This document shows positions 38,377 to 48,364 of a stretch of 64,000 bases of DNA, in pieces. This stretch comes from a virus, in IMG/VR virus record IMGVR_UViG_3300023184_000037, positions 81,138 through 145,137 of that record; one strand, given 5' to 3'. The notes beneath the pieces are model-generated. The model ran no database searches. It saw only the letters and a program-made list of their open reading frames with translations, and was not told the origin of the DNA. Every line of letters begins with the position of its first letter. Position 1 is the first letter of the stretch. A program made the translations under genes and the position numbers.

Positions 38377-39879
38377 ATGGCAAATTTAATTAATGAAGCA
38401 GAAATCAGAGCAACGTGGGCTCCGATTATCGAATCTGCGACTGGTATCAACGATGCAAGCAAATTAGCTTGGATGTCAGAATACTGTCACAACCACAAAT
38501 TATACGAAGATGCTTCTCAAATGACTTTAGGTACTGCTGGTAATATCTTTGGTATGGGTGCTACAACTTTACCTGGAAATACTTTCTCAGGTGGTATGTC
38601 TACTACAAAAGGTTCTGGTGATAAAGCTCCTTCTTTACTTCCTTTAGCAATGCAAGTTGCTGCTCAAACTATCGGTCTTGACTTAGTACCAGTAGTTCCT
38701 ATGGCTGGTCCAATGGGATTATTATCTTACTTAGACTTTGTTTACGAAGGTGGTAAATTAGCTGGAACTACTGCTCCAACTTATGTTAAAGCTAACCCAG
38801 TTGCAGGTGTTGTAGATATTGCTGCTGCTACAGGTGGTTCTCCAGCTGTTCCAACATCTACATCTTATACTTACATTGGAAAATCTCGTATCGACGGTTA
38901 TTCAATCTTTAAAGTAAATGGTAACCCAGTTGCTGCTAACGTTGCTGCCGATTTACTATTAGCTGTAAATGCTGTATTATCTCCTGATACTACTGCTACT
39001 ATCTTAGATGTACAATTAGTTAAAGCTTTAGAGGATCACGTTAAAGGATTCGCTGCTTCTACTGCTTCTGGTACTCCATTCTCAAGAGAAGCTGGAGAAC
39101 AAACTCCAGATAAAATCATGGGTCTATCTTTATTCTCTAAATCAGTTACAGCTGAAACTTTCCAAGTTGCTGCTGCTGTTACAAGAGAGCAAGTTCAAGA
39201 TTTAAAACAATTCGGAGTTGACGCTGTTGCTCAAGTTGAAGCTGTTTTAACTAATGAATTAACTCAAGGTATTAACCAATACATCTTAGGAAGAATCAGA
39301 ACTTTAGGTGCTCTTAACGTTACTAGAGCATTCAGTGCTAACGCATTCGATATAAGCTTACCTACTGCTGCATCTTTAAATGGTGGAGAAACTTTACCTT
39401 CTGTTCACAGAAGAATCCTTTCTCAAATCTTAGCCGCTGCTAACTTAATTGCTAACCGTGGTAGAAGAGGTGCTGGTAACTTTGCAGTATGTGGACCACA
39501 AACTGCTACAGTTTTACAATCAATTGCTGGTTTTGTTGCAAACCCAATGGCAAATACTTTCGCACAAGCTGCTGGAGCTATCTACCCATTAGGATCTGTT
39601 GCTGGAATCAACATATATACTGACCCTACAATGGACTGGTACGATTATTCAATCGCAGTTGGTAGAAAAGGAGACGGAAATGGACCTGGTATTGTATTCA
39701 TGCCTTACTTAATGGCTGAATCAGTTCAAGCTATTGCTGAAGGAACTATGGCTCCTAAAGTAGCTGTTAAATCTAGATTTGCTCTAGTTGATGCAGGATT
39801 CCACCCTGAAACTCAATATGTTGAGTTTAACGTAACTGTTAATGGTAGCGCTACTGCTAACTTATTAACTTTAGCTTAA
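38377..39879 (+). CDS. gp23: Major capsid protein
   Basis: WAPIIE, VVPMAGPMG, EQVQDLK, RRGAGNF, FMPY, PKVAVKSRFAL; highly biased codon usage. Confidence 0.93.
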   Translation: MANLINEAEIRATWAPIIESATGINDASKLAWMSEYCHNHKLYEDASQMTLGTAGNIFGMGATTLPGNTFSGGMSTTKGSGDKAPSLLPLAMQVAAQTIGLDLVPVVPMAGPMGLLSYLDFVYEGGKLAGTTAPTYVKANPVAGVVDIAAATGGSPAVPTSTSYTYIGKSRIDGYSIFKVNGNPVAANVAADLLLAVNAVLSPDTTATILDVQLVKALEDHVKGFAASTASGTPFSREAGEQTPDKIMGLSLFSKSVTAETFQVAAAVTREQVQDLKQFGVDAVAQVEAVLTNELTQGINQYILGRIRTLGALNVTRAFSANAFDISLPTAASLNGGETLPSVHRRILSQILAAANLIANRGRRGAGNFAVCGPQTATVLQSIAGFVANPMANTFAQAAGAIYPLGSVAGINIYTDPTMDWYDYSIAVGRKGDGNGPGIVFMPYLMAESVQAIAEGTMAPKVAVKSRFALVDAGFHPETQYVEFNVTVNGSATANLLTLA

Positions 39880-39914
39880 TATTTTAAATTAGAATCTACA
39901 TTCTAATTATACTT

Positions 39915-39946
39915 AAAGGGAACTGAGAAATCAGTTCCCTTTTTTT
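39915..39946 (+). terminator. Intrinsic terminator after the major capsid gene
   Basis: AAAGGGAACTGA-GAAA-TCAGTTCCCTTT plus T run. Confidence 0.9.
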
Positions 39947-39983
39947 GTGATATATAATCTATCAAACAAAATACATTAAAATT

Positions 39984-41267
39984 ATGAACAAATTTGAAAA
40001 TTGGTATACAAGTATACTTGAAGAGGTTGCAACAGCACCTACCAACACCCTAGTTGGAGATGTTGATACGATTATAAGTTCACTAGGTACCCTTGTTAAA
40101 GAATTAACTGAGGAACTTAATGGACCTGAATTTAATGAACTAAACGAGGCTGATGCAGAAGGTCCAAGTAAAGTTTGGCAATGGATTTGGTGGATGCCAA
40201 AGGCCCGAAAAGCACAACAAAAGGTCAATAAGATTAAATTAAACATCACTGATATGGAAGGTGCTTCAGCAGATGCGCCAGATGCAGAACAAAAAGCAAA
40301 AATTACTGCTAAAGCAAAACAAGCTAAAGAACAAGCATCAGAACTTCAAAAGATGGTTGATGATAAATATGGAGCAAAAGGAGAACTTGTTAAAAGAGTC
40401 CTTGGTACAGAAAAAATCGCTGGACAAATTGCATCTATTAAAAGAGCAACTGGATTAGAAGATAACCCAGAAAGAATTGCATCTTATAAAGAAAAAATGG
40501 CAGAGCTTCAGGCAAAGTATAAAGAAGATCAGGCTGCAATCAAAGAACTTGAACCTTCTGAAGATGATATTGCTGCTGAAAAAACCCGTAAAAAAGAAGA
40601 GGCAGAAGCACAAGCTAAATTAAATAAAGACGCAGAAGCTGCTAAGAAAGGTAAATCTGAAAAAGATGACACTGAAGCAACGGATGATAAAACTCCACCT
40701 GCAACGGATGATAAAACTCCACCTGCAACGGATGATAAAACTCCAGCTGAAACTCCAGAAGAAAAGGAAGCTAGAGAAAAGAAAGAGAAAGAAGCAGCTG
40801 AAACTCCAGAAGAAAAGGAAGCTAGAGAAAAGAAAGAGAAAGAAGCAGTTGAAACTCCAGAAGAAAAAGAAGCTAGAGAAAAGAAAGAGAAAGAAGACGC
40901 TGATGCTCAAAAAATAGAAGCATTAAATACTGCAATTTCAGGACTAGAAACAAAATTAAAGGATGCAGAAGCAGCTGAACCTAAAGATGAAGAAGCTATC
41001 AAGACATTAAAATCTGAAATTGAAACTAAAAAAGGAGAACTAGATGCATTAAAACCATCTGAATCTTTAGTTAATAGAGCAAATGCCGCTGGTTTAAATG
41101 AATTAGCAACTGAAATAGGTTCTAAATTTAGTTGGCAGGTTGCTGAGGGAACTGTATTGCACCAAAAATATGATGCAATTATTAAAAAGGCAGAATACTC
41201 AAATACATTAAATGAGTCAAGATACCAAAATCTAAGTGTTAAAGATAAATTCTCTAAATTACTATAA
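39984..41267 (+). CDS. Charged coiled-coil late protein with tandem repeats (putative internal head protein)
   Basis: Late promoter at 39949; MNKFENW...LEE; LNE sites. Confidence 0.55.
   Translation: MNKFENWYTSILEEVATAPTNTLVGDVDTIISSLGTLVKELTEELNGPEFNELNEADAEGPSKVWQWIWWMPKARKAQQKVNKIKLNITDMEGASADAPDAEQKAKITAKAKQAKEQASELQKMVDDKYGAKGELVKRVLGTEKIAGQIASIKRATGLEDNPERIASYKEKMAELQAKYKEDQAAIKELEPSEDDIAAEKTRKKEEAEAQAKLNKDAEAAKKGKSEKDDTEATDDKTPPATDDKTPPATDDKTPAETPEEKEAREKKEKEAAETPEEKEAREKKEKEAVETPEEKEAREKKEKEDADAQKIEALNTAISGLETKLKDAEAAEPKDEEAIKTLKSEIETKKGELDALKPSESLVNRANAAGLNELATEIGSKFSWQVAEGTVLHQKYDAIIKKAEYSNTLNESRYQNLSVKDKFSKLL
40677..40896 (+). repeat. Coding tandem repeats: 3 x 24 bp then 3 x 51 bp
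   Basis: GCAACGGATGATAAAACTCCACCT x3 (ATDDKTPP); ETPEEKEAREKKEKEAA x3. Confidence 0.95.
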
Positions 41268-41762
41268 TTTCGAATTTTTTCTGGCAATATTTAAAAACTC
41301 CTTTTGTTGATTCAATAGGAGTTTTTTTACGTGTTCTTGAAAGGCAACTGAAGATTTCAGGATTCTACCGTCCACTGTTTTACCACCAAGAGTATCGTGA
41401 TAATCAGGATGAACAAAGTTCTCTGCATTAAAGTTATTAATATTAGACCTGATAGGTTCACCAGAAAGCGCGCAAGTCCAATCAATTGTATCATAACTAT
41501 TTGCAAGTTCCTCACTTTTCATAAGTTCTCCAGTCGACCAATCATAATAGTACCTGTCCCTTTTTGAATCGTTCTTATATTTACACAATTCAAAAATAAT
41601 ATGTAGGAACTGGTCAGATTGCGCTCTTTCTTTCATTAATGGATTCTCTAGAAGTAATCGACGCTGTTGTCGCGAGAGTCCATCATAACAAACACCATAT
41701 CTATTCCTTGGATATGGTCCTCCAGTTCGACGAATCTTTGGGTATTTGTTATTAAAAGCCAT
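41262..41762 (-). CDS. Hypothetical late protein on the minus strand
   Basis: 166 aa ORF filling the gap; GATAAATA promoter at 41774-41767. Confidence 0.7.
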   Translation of the reverse strand: MAFNNKYPKIRRTGGPYPRNRYGVCYDGLSRQQRRLLLENPLMKERAQSDQFLHIIFELCKYKNDSKRDRYYYDWSTGELMKSEELANSYDTIDWTCALSGEPIRSNINNFNAENFVHPDYHDTLGGKTVDGRILKSSVAFQEHVKKLLLNQQKEFLNIARKNSKL

Positions 41763-41826
41763 ACAATATTTATCTGAAACTTATAGGTACTGTCTTATAT
41801 AATACTTATAAACTTAAACCTAAAAA

Positions 41827-42777
41827 ATGATTCAAGCACTTTTTACAGAAAAATATCGTCCAAAGAATTTAGAAGATTTAATCCTTCCAGAACGTGTAAT
41901 GTCGAAATTTGAAAATGGATTAACACAGAATATGTTATTAGCAGGTAGCCCAGGAACTGGTAAAACTTCAACTGCAAAGGCAATTGTTAACCAATTTGGA
42001 TTACCATATCTTTATATCAATGCATCTACAGATACTTCAGTTGATGTAATCAGAACCCGAATCACTGACTTCTGTTCAACGATGTCAATCCTAGATGACC
42101 AAGGAAAATTTAAAGTGGTAATATTAGATGAGGTTGATGGTGTATCTGACCAATTCTTTAAAGCACTTCGTGCAACGATGGAGCAGTTTGCAAGTAACTC
42201 AAGATTTATTGCAACTTGTAATTACGTTAATAAAATTCCAGACCCAATCCTTTCCCGTTTTGAAGTTATTAATTTTGACTTTGATAAATCAGAAGAGAAT
42301 GAATTGACTAAGAAATATATTAGACGTGTTTATGAAATCTGTGGAAAAGAGGGAATGACAATTGAAAAACCAGCCCTTGTAGAATTTGTTAAAAGAAACT
42401 TTCCAGACCTTCGAAGCACTCTTAATAAATTGCAAGGTTACAAAACACAAGGTACTCAAAATATTACACTCGATGACGTTAAGAAATTTAACTCAGTGTA
42501 CAAGGATATGTTTGACCTGATTTTTAATCAAATGGACCCTGTAACAAACTACAAGTATATTGTAGGTGAATATTCAAATAGAGTTGATGATGTCTTACAG
42601 ACACTTGGCCAAGAATTTATCGAATACATACAAACAGAAAAACCACAAAACGCTCGACACATTCCGCAAATTGCAATTTGTGTTGCAGAACACCAAGCAC
42701 AAAGAACCTTGGTAATCGACCCGGTTATTACGTTACTTTCATGTACGTATAAAATACAAGAAATTGTAAGAAATTAA
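41827..42777 (+). CDS. gp44: Clamp loader AAA+ subunit
   Basis: EKYRP, GSPGTGKTS, INAS, LDEVD, ILSRF. Confidence 0.93.
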   Translation: MIQALFTEKYRPKNLEDLILPERVMSKFENGLTQNMLLAGSPGTGKTSTAKAIVNQFGLPYLYINASTDTSVDVIRTRITDFCSTMSILDDQGKFKVVILDEVDGVSDQFFKALRATMEQFASNSRFIATCNYVNKIPDPILSRFEVINFDFDKSEENELTKKYIRRVYEICGKEGMTIEKPALVEFVKRNFPDLRSTLNKLQGYKTQGTQNITLDDVKKFNSVYKDMFDLIFNQMDPVTNYKYIVGEYSNRVDDVLQTLGQEFIEYIQTEKPQNARHIPQIAICVAEHQAQRTLVIDPVITLLSCTYKIQEIVRN

Positions 42778-42845
42778 AAAATAAATTGATAAAAGTTTTT
42801 CCGTGTCAAAACTTTTTATTATATTTACAAATAAATTATAGAACT

Positions 42846-44078
42846 ATGAAACTAGGAAAACATACACTTATTATCGATGGAAATTATTTTGTACATAGCA
42901 GACTTTTTGTACTTCCACGTCCTAAAAAAGAACAATTACTAGGAGACAGAGATGGCCAAGAGCAATTCATGCGTAAATTATGTATTGACTTTGCATCTGA
43001 AGTCAGAAAAATGACCCCTTTTGTCGATCAAATCGTAGTTGCAGTCGATTCAAAATCATGGCGTAAAGACCTATTTCCAACCGCAGAATATAAAGGTACT
43101 AGAGTTGCTGATAATTCAGTTAATTGGGAAAATGTATTTAATGTTTATACAGAGTTCCAAGATATTCTTGCAAAGCAGGGTGTTATTATACATAAAGTTC
43201 CTGGTGCCGAAGCAGACGATATTCTTTTTGGTTGGTCAACGCAATTAAACAATGAAGGTAAAAATTGTATTGTTTGGACTGGTGACCGTGACCTTATTCA
43301 ATTGGTTAATTATAATGAAGCCACTGATGCATACACCCTATGGTACTACAATTCTAAACGTAAATTACTAGCATTTGAAGGTTTTGAAACCCTTATTAAT
43401 AAACCTAATGAGGTAGAAATTTCTAATGATGACTTGTTATTTAACATGGGTTCTACTGATGTATTAAATAGCCAACTAAAAGGTGATTTCATCAACTGGA
43501 TTGCTAAAAATGGTGTAGAAATAGAAGAGATTAATTGTGATGATTTTATCTTCTCAAAAATCTTACAAGGTGACAAGAGCGATAACATTCAATCTGTAGT
43601 TTCATGGACTAAAAGAACTAGCACAGGTTCTATCCGAAACTATTCAATCACTGAAAAGCAGGCAATTCAAATCCTAGAAAAATATCGTGAAATTGAAGGT
43701 AACTTCCACATTGACCATTTCTTTTCAGAAGCACAGGTTAAAACTATAGTTGACATGATTCATGAAGTTGTTGGTAAATCTACAATTGATGAAATCCGTT
43801 TGCGATTTAACCAAAATCTTGACTTAATGTTATTGCACTATAACACAATACCTGGTGGCATACAAAAAGCAATATATAATGAAATTGAGAAAGATTTTAC
43901 AGTTGAAACACGATTGACCGGATTAACTCAGATGGAAAAGATATTAGAAGGAACCCAGTGGAATTCTAAAGCGGCTTCCGGAAGTGGAGCTCCTAAGAGT
44001 TTTGACCCATTTGCAACTCTTCAACTTGACAAAGTTTCTCAACAACCTGAAACTAAAAAAATAAACACATTATTTTAA
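42846..44078 (+). CDS. rnh: RNase H / 5'-3' flap exonuclease
   Basis: IIDGN, YKGTR, EADD, TGDRDL, GDKSDNI; C-terminal INTLF; TATATTTAC at 42820. Confidence 0.9.
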   Translation: MKLGKHTLIIDGNYFVHSRLFVLPRPKKEQLLGDRDGQEQFMRKLCIDFASEVRKMTPFVDQIVVAVDSKSWRKDLFPTAEYKGTRVADNSVNWENVFNVYTEFQDILAKQGVIIHKVPGAEADDILFGWSTQLNNEGKNCIVWTGDRDLIQLVNYNEATDAYTLWYYNSKRKLLAFEGFETLINKPNEVEISNDDLLFNMGSTDVLNSQLKGDFINWIAKNGVEIEEINCDDFIFSKILQGDKSDNIQSVVSWTKRTSTGSIRNYSITEKQAIQILEKYREIEGNFHIDHFFSEAQVKTIVDMIHEVVGKSTIDEIRLRFNQNLDLMLLHYNTIPGGIQKAIYNEIEKDFTVETRLTGLTQMEKILEGTQWNSKAASGSGAPKSFDPFATLQLDKVSQQPETKKINTLF

Positions 44079-44255
44079 ATGAGCAACGAGGATATTTTAA
44101 CTGAATTACTAATTGAAGCCCATGAAGAGGGTATTTTCGAAAAGGTTCTAGCTGAGGTAAACAAACTCAAGGAAACCCATATAATAACAAACAACGATAG
44201 ACTTGAACTTTTTGAAAAAGCAATAAAACATGTTAGACGAAACAAAACTATTTGA
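44079..44255 (+). CDS. Small hypothetical protein (58 aa)
   Basis: Hand translation MSNEDILTELLIEAHEEGIFEKV...; fills the operon gap. Confidence 0.55.
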   Translation: MSNEDILTELLIEAHEEGIFEKVLAEVNKLKETHIITNNDRLELFEKAIKHVRRNKTI

Positions 44256-44658
44256 TTTCATAAAAATCCTATTCACAAAACCTGCTGAATACAAAAAAAT
44301 AAGTAACCATAATAAGAAGCGACATCATTTCATGATTAATCGCTTCTTTTCGATTCAATACCCTGCAAATGCCCAATTATTTAATAAGAACGGGATTAAT
44401 CCACTTGCAGTAATTGACAGTTGGTCCCTTGTGGCTGCCAGGTTTAAGAGTGTTCCTGGATGGATTTACACTAAGACCAAAAAGTCCGAAAAAGAAGCAA
44501 CTTCTAAAAGCAAATATATACCATCAGAAGAGGCCATCTCATTCTTTATGGAAAAGAATGAAATTGGCAAGAGAGAATTTAAAGAACTTGAAAAATTTGC
44601 TAAAGAAGAACTTTACGCCTCACTTCAGAGGATAGAGAATTCGATGCAGGTATATTAA
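44230..44658 (+). CDS. Clamp loader small subunit (gp62-like)
   Basis: LFDFIK, FMINRFFS, WIYTK pattern. Confidence 0.6.
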   Translation: MLDETKLFDFIKILFTKPAEYKKISNHNKKRHHFMINRFFSIQYPANAQLFNKNGINPLAVIDSWSLVAARFKSVPGWIYTKTKKSEKEATSKSKYIPSEEAISFFMEKNEIGKREFKELEKFAKEELYASLQRIENSMQVY

Positions 44659-44665
44659 ACCGACT

Positions 44666-45310
44666 ATGCAACAATTTGAATTTAGTTCGATGCCAACGGC
44701 GATCGACGTTACCCTGTACAAATATAATTATATTGACAATAAATTATGGGCACAAATCCAAAACGACCTTGATTTTATCGAGCTTGGAAATGACTCAATA
44801 ATGGTATCGTCATCTCAATTAAAAGTTATACTTGATAGATATTACCAGAACTCAATTAATAAAATTAAATCAGTTGGTTCCGATTTCTTGCATAAAGAAA
44901 TTAATACGGTCTATTTTCTTTTCCAAATCCTATTAGAGATGGAAAATCTGCAGTACATTAAGTTTACACTTAGTAAAGATAAAAAGTACTCCAGAATTGT
45001 AGAAACTAATGGGGTAAAAATGATTCAATTTAGTTTTAAACTTCTAACTGCAACTTTTAGACTTTTTGACCTATATGAAGATGACGAACTTCCATTGGTT
45101 AACCAAATTCTAGAAGAGCTCGATGTTCTAGAGCCTGGAGTGCCATACACCAGACTTAATGCAAAAGAACTTTATGATACAATACTTTTTTATCTTGAGG
45201 AAAAGGACCCAGAAGATATCGAAGCTGGAATAGTTACCGACATCTTGGATATACTTGAGGCTAAAATTGAGAAAGAGGACCCATTAATCTTATTGATTAC
45301 CGACTACTAA
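44666..45310 (+). CDS. Hypothetical protein
   Basis: 214 aa ORF. Confidence 0.55.
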   Translation: MQQFEFSSMPTAIDVTLYKYNYIDNKLWAQIQNDLDFIELGNDSIMVSSSQLKVILDRYYQNSINKIKSVGSDFLHKEINTVYFLFQILLEMENLQYIKFTLSKDKKYSRIVETNGVKMIQFSFKLLTATFRLFDLYEDDELPLVNQILEELDVLEPGVPYTRLNAKELYDTILFYLEEKDPEDIEAGIVTDILDILEAKIEKEDPLILLITDY

Positions 45311-45344
45311 TATTTTTTGAATATATAAAGAAAAACGTTTAACT

Positions 45345-45752
45345 ATGAATTTCTTTAGTAATTTTGGTAAAAGAGAAGCATTAATCTATATTATTGTAGC
45401 ACTTTGGGTAGGAATGGGACTTTTTGGAGCCTTTAAAGAGGCTAGTTTCACCGACCTTTCAATATATTTCGGATCCCTAACAGCATACGCTGCAACCTAT
45501 ATATGGGCTGAATCTAAAAGACCAAGCGACAAATCCGCAATCCTTAAAAAGGGACCAAATTCACGAAAAGAGGTAATGATATATGTTATTGTTATTCTCT
45601 GGGCCATCGCAGGATGTGGAGCCATTTGGTTTAAGGCAAACCTGGGAGAACTTGCACTTTATTTTGTATCATTAACTGGATTTGTAGCATCTTGGATTGC
45701 CGGAGAAGTTTATAATCCACAAGATGAGGTAAATAAAAATAGAGAGCAATAA
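45345..45752 (+). CDS. Four-TM membrane protein with internal duplication (holin candidate)
   Basis: KREALIYIIVALW..YFGSLT vs RKEVMIYVIVILW..YFVSLT; late promoter at 45320. Confidence 0.5.
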   Translation: MNFFSNFGKREALIYIIVALWVGMGLFGAFKEASFTDLSIYFGSLTAYAATYIWAESKRPSDKSAILKKGPNSRKEVMIYVIVILWAIAGCGAIWFKANLGELALYFVSLTGFVASWIAGEVYNPQDEVNKNREQ

Positions 45753-47686
45753 TGGTAACCAATTATACTGCAAATGAATATGGAGATTTTTTCGTAGCAT
45801 CTATTCAGCAACCCTATCTTAATGTAACTAATGTTATCGACTGGGATATTGTTGTAGGTCTTAAAAAACCTAAAATGACCGGAAATGTTACAGGTTCTTC
45901 CGGATCCGTAAATGTTTACGGATATGCAACTCAATTTAACACAGCATTTGAAGTTGGAGATTCTATAATTATAGGAAACATTGTTTACGAAATTGATAAT
46001 ATTGTTAATGATTTTGAACTTTCTGTTACTGAACCAATTCAATTCAGTTTTACCAACGCACAATATTATACAACTCCGGATGGGGTAAACTTTTTTGATT
46101 ATGAATTTAGATGGTCTCAAACGGGTGGAGTTTTTTCTGAGTTTGCAGAACTTAATCATGGAACCAATCCTGAAGATATTCAAGGTATAACATTTGACCC
46201 TACAAAACCACTCTATATTGATGTTAAAGCCGAAGTTGCTGGACTTGCAACTGGAAATAGTTTAACATTTCTTTCAATAGAATTTACTCTTGAAACAGAT
46301 GCCGGAATTATCGAATCTTGTCCTAACTTCTGTACTGATTGTACCGACCCTTTTGCAATGAACGGATGTGCAAATATCCAAGTGACATGTAATCCGACAA
46401 ATCAATTTAATCCATACAATCTTACAAAATCAGTTAAAATTTACAAGCAACTTGTAAACATTGTTAATGGAATCTTTGGACATGATGTTACATACTTTAG
46501 AACTGAACCAGATGCAAGAACAACCGATGTTATTCTTATGGAATATTCATTACATAATGTTGTCGACAAGCAAACAATAAAAATACTGGTTCCAGACAAT
46601 GAATTCCCGACCGAAGCACATACTTATGATATATTTGGAATTGAATTAGCAGATTTTGAAATTCATATAACTGCTGAGGAATTTGAAACACATTTTGGTG
46701 CCGGAAATTATCCAAGAAACAAGGACTACATGTTTATTCCAATCATTAATAAAATGTATGAGATAAGTTCTATTGCCCTAGCCGATGAATTTAATAGAAG
46801 TCACTCATATTGGAAAGTTAAACTTGTTAAATATCAAGATCGTGGAGATGTTCTTAAAGGGCAATTCGACGATGATACTGATGTGTTAATAACTGGAATT
46901 GAAGAGGTATTTGGAGAGAGAATCCAAGACGAATATAAAAAGAATCTTAAGCCAGAAATCTTCCAAACAGTTGTTGATAAACGAGAAGACGGAATCCGCA
47001 CCTTTGTTGATAGAAAACTACGAATTGCTGATTATGCCCTAAAAAATAGATGGACTGTTGTAAGCAAAAACCATTACAATTTTTTAAATATGGTAACTGG
47101 AGCTTCTGCTGTAGTTTACGAAGCACAATCAGAACTTAATGCTGGAAATGGTATGGCATTTACTTCATGGTTTGCACCTCGATTTGCAGCAAATTCAACT
47201 GGAAATTATAGATTGATTGGAGATACTAATAGTACCTTTGAAATAACAATAAGTAACACAGAGTTACTAGTTATAACCCCACAGGGAACTCAACCATTTA
47301 CACATGGGATAACATTTGACCCTGCAGAATGGTATGGTTATGTTGTTAATATCAACAATGAATTCCTTCAATTGTCTGTGTCAATCTATAGTCTTGATAT
47401 AACAAACAATAGCATGCTTCCTCAAAATGCTTCAAATAATTTAACTAATAACTTCACACAAACAATAACGTTAACTGATGAACTTGTTTGGTCGACCCCG
47501 GCAAAATTTGAATTAATTGCAAATGAAATGCTAATGACAAATATTAGAGTATTCGATAAACCTATTGAATTTGAGCAGCATTCAAATATTTTAAATCAAT
47601 ATGTTGTACGCGATAACCAGCATGCACTTATTGTTGATAATGCAATTCCAAGCATAGGATTCCAAAAATATGCCAATGCTCGTTAA
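45752..47686 (+). CDS. Virion neck protein (gp14-like core) with extra beta-rich domains
   Basis: IFGHDVTYFR, FEIHI..EEFE..FG...P..KD..FIP..NKMYEI; LamG-like C-terminus. Confidence 0.55.
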   Translation: MVTNYTANEYGDFFVASIQQPYLNVTNVIDWDIVVGLKKPKMTGNVTGSSGSVNVYGYATQFNTAFEVGDSIIIGNIVYEIDNIVNDFELSVTEPIQFSFTNAQYYTTPDGVNFFDYEFRWSQTGGVFSEFAELNHGTNPEDIQGITFDPTKPLYIDVKAEVAGLATGNSLTFLSIEFTLETDAGIIESCPNFCTDCTDPFAMNGCANIQVTCNPTNQFNPYNLTKSVKIYKQLVNIVNGIFGHDVTYFRTEPDARTTDVILMEYSLHNVVDKQTIKILVPDNEFPTEAHTYDIFGIELADFEIHITAEEFETHFGAGNYPRNKDYMFIPIINKMYEISSIALADEFNRSHSYWKVKLVKYQDRGDVLKGQFDDDTDVLITGIEEVFGERIQDEYKKNLKPEIFQTVVDKREDGIRTFVDRKLRIADYALKNRWTVVSKNHYNFLNMVTGASAVVYEAQSELNAGNGMAFTSWFAPRFAANSTGNYRLIGDTNSTFEITISNTELLVITPQGTQPFTHGITFDPAEWYGYVVNINNEFLQLSVSIYSLDITNNSMLPQNASNNLTNNFTQTITLTDELVWSTPAKFELIANEMLMTNIRVFDKPIEFEQHSNILNQYVVRDNQHALIVDNAIPSIGFQKYANAR

Positions 47687-47718
47687 TTTCGATATATAAT
47701 TTAATAAAACAAATCTAT

Positions 47719-48363
47719 ATGTCAGAAAATAAAAGCATAAAAGACCAAGCAGAGGATATCCGAAAAGAACTTGATGAATTGATTGGTGCTGGAAGCGGAG
47801 AAATATCTCAATCGATTGAAACTGATGTAGCACTTCCTGCAAGAAGAGAACAAAACCATGTTAGTTTTGCTCAACTTAAAGAGAGTTCTACAAAAAAGGC
47901 CAAGAAAACCATTACGGCCCTAATGAAGTTTTATTTGGATGAAGATATTATAGAGCGAGACGAATACATTCAAGCTAAAAAGAAGATGGACGAAATGACA
48001 ATGAGTTCATTAGTCTATCAACTTCAAGCTGGAGAAAGGGCACTTACAACCCTACTTGATGCTATCGAAGATGGTGAAGTGGCTCCAAGAATGTTTGAAG
48101 TACTTGCAACACTACAAAAATCAATGCTTGATATTATCAAATCTCAAACAATGTACTTAATGGCAACCGAAGAGAGCGCCAAAAGAATTGCCAGAGATAT
48201 TGAAATATACAGAAAGCGAGATAACATCAAAGAAATAGAAATTTCAGGTGGAGACCCAGGCTCTGGAAATGTTCAAAGAGGTACTAAAGACCTTATGAGA
48301 ATGATCCGAGAGGGTATTGATGCTGCCGAAACGGACGTTGAAGATGTTGAAATAACAGAATAA
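47719..48363 (+). CDS. Terminase small subunit (gp16-like)
   Basis: PRMFEVLATL, RGTKDLM; directly upstream of the large terminase. Confidence 0.7.
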   Translation: MSENKSIKDQAEDIRKELDELIGAGSGEISQSIETDVALPARREQNHVSFAQLKESSTKKAKKTITALMKFYLDEDIIERDEYIQAKKKMDEMTMSSLVYQLQAGERALTTLLDAIEDGEVAPRMFEVLATLQKSMLDIIKSQTMYLMATEESAKRIARDIEIYRKRDNIKEIEISGGDPGSGNVQRGTKDLMRMIREGIDAAETDVEDVEITE

Positions 48364-48364
48364 T

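Noticed and set aside
40677-40896. Possible CRISPR array
   Set aside because: Repeats are head-to-tail without unique spacers, are multiples of 3 and are in frame within a protein; no cas genes.
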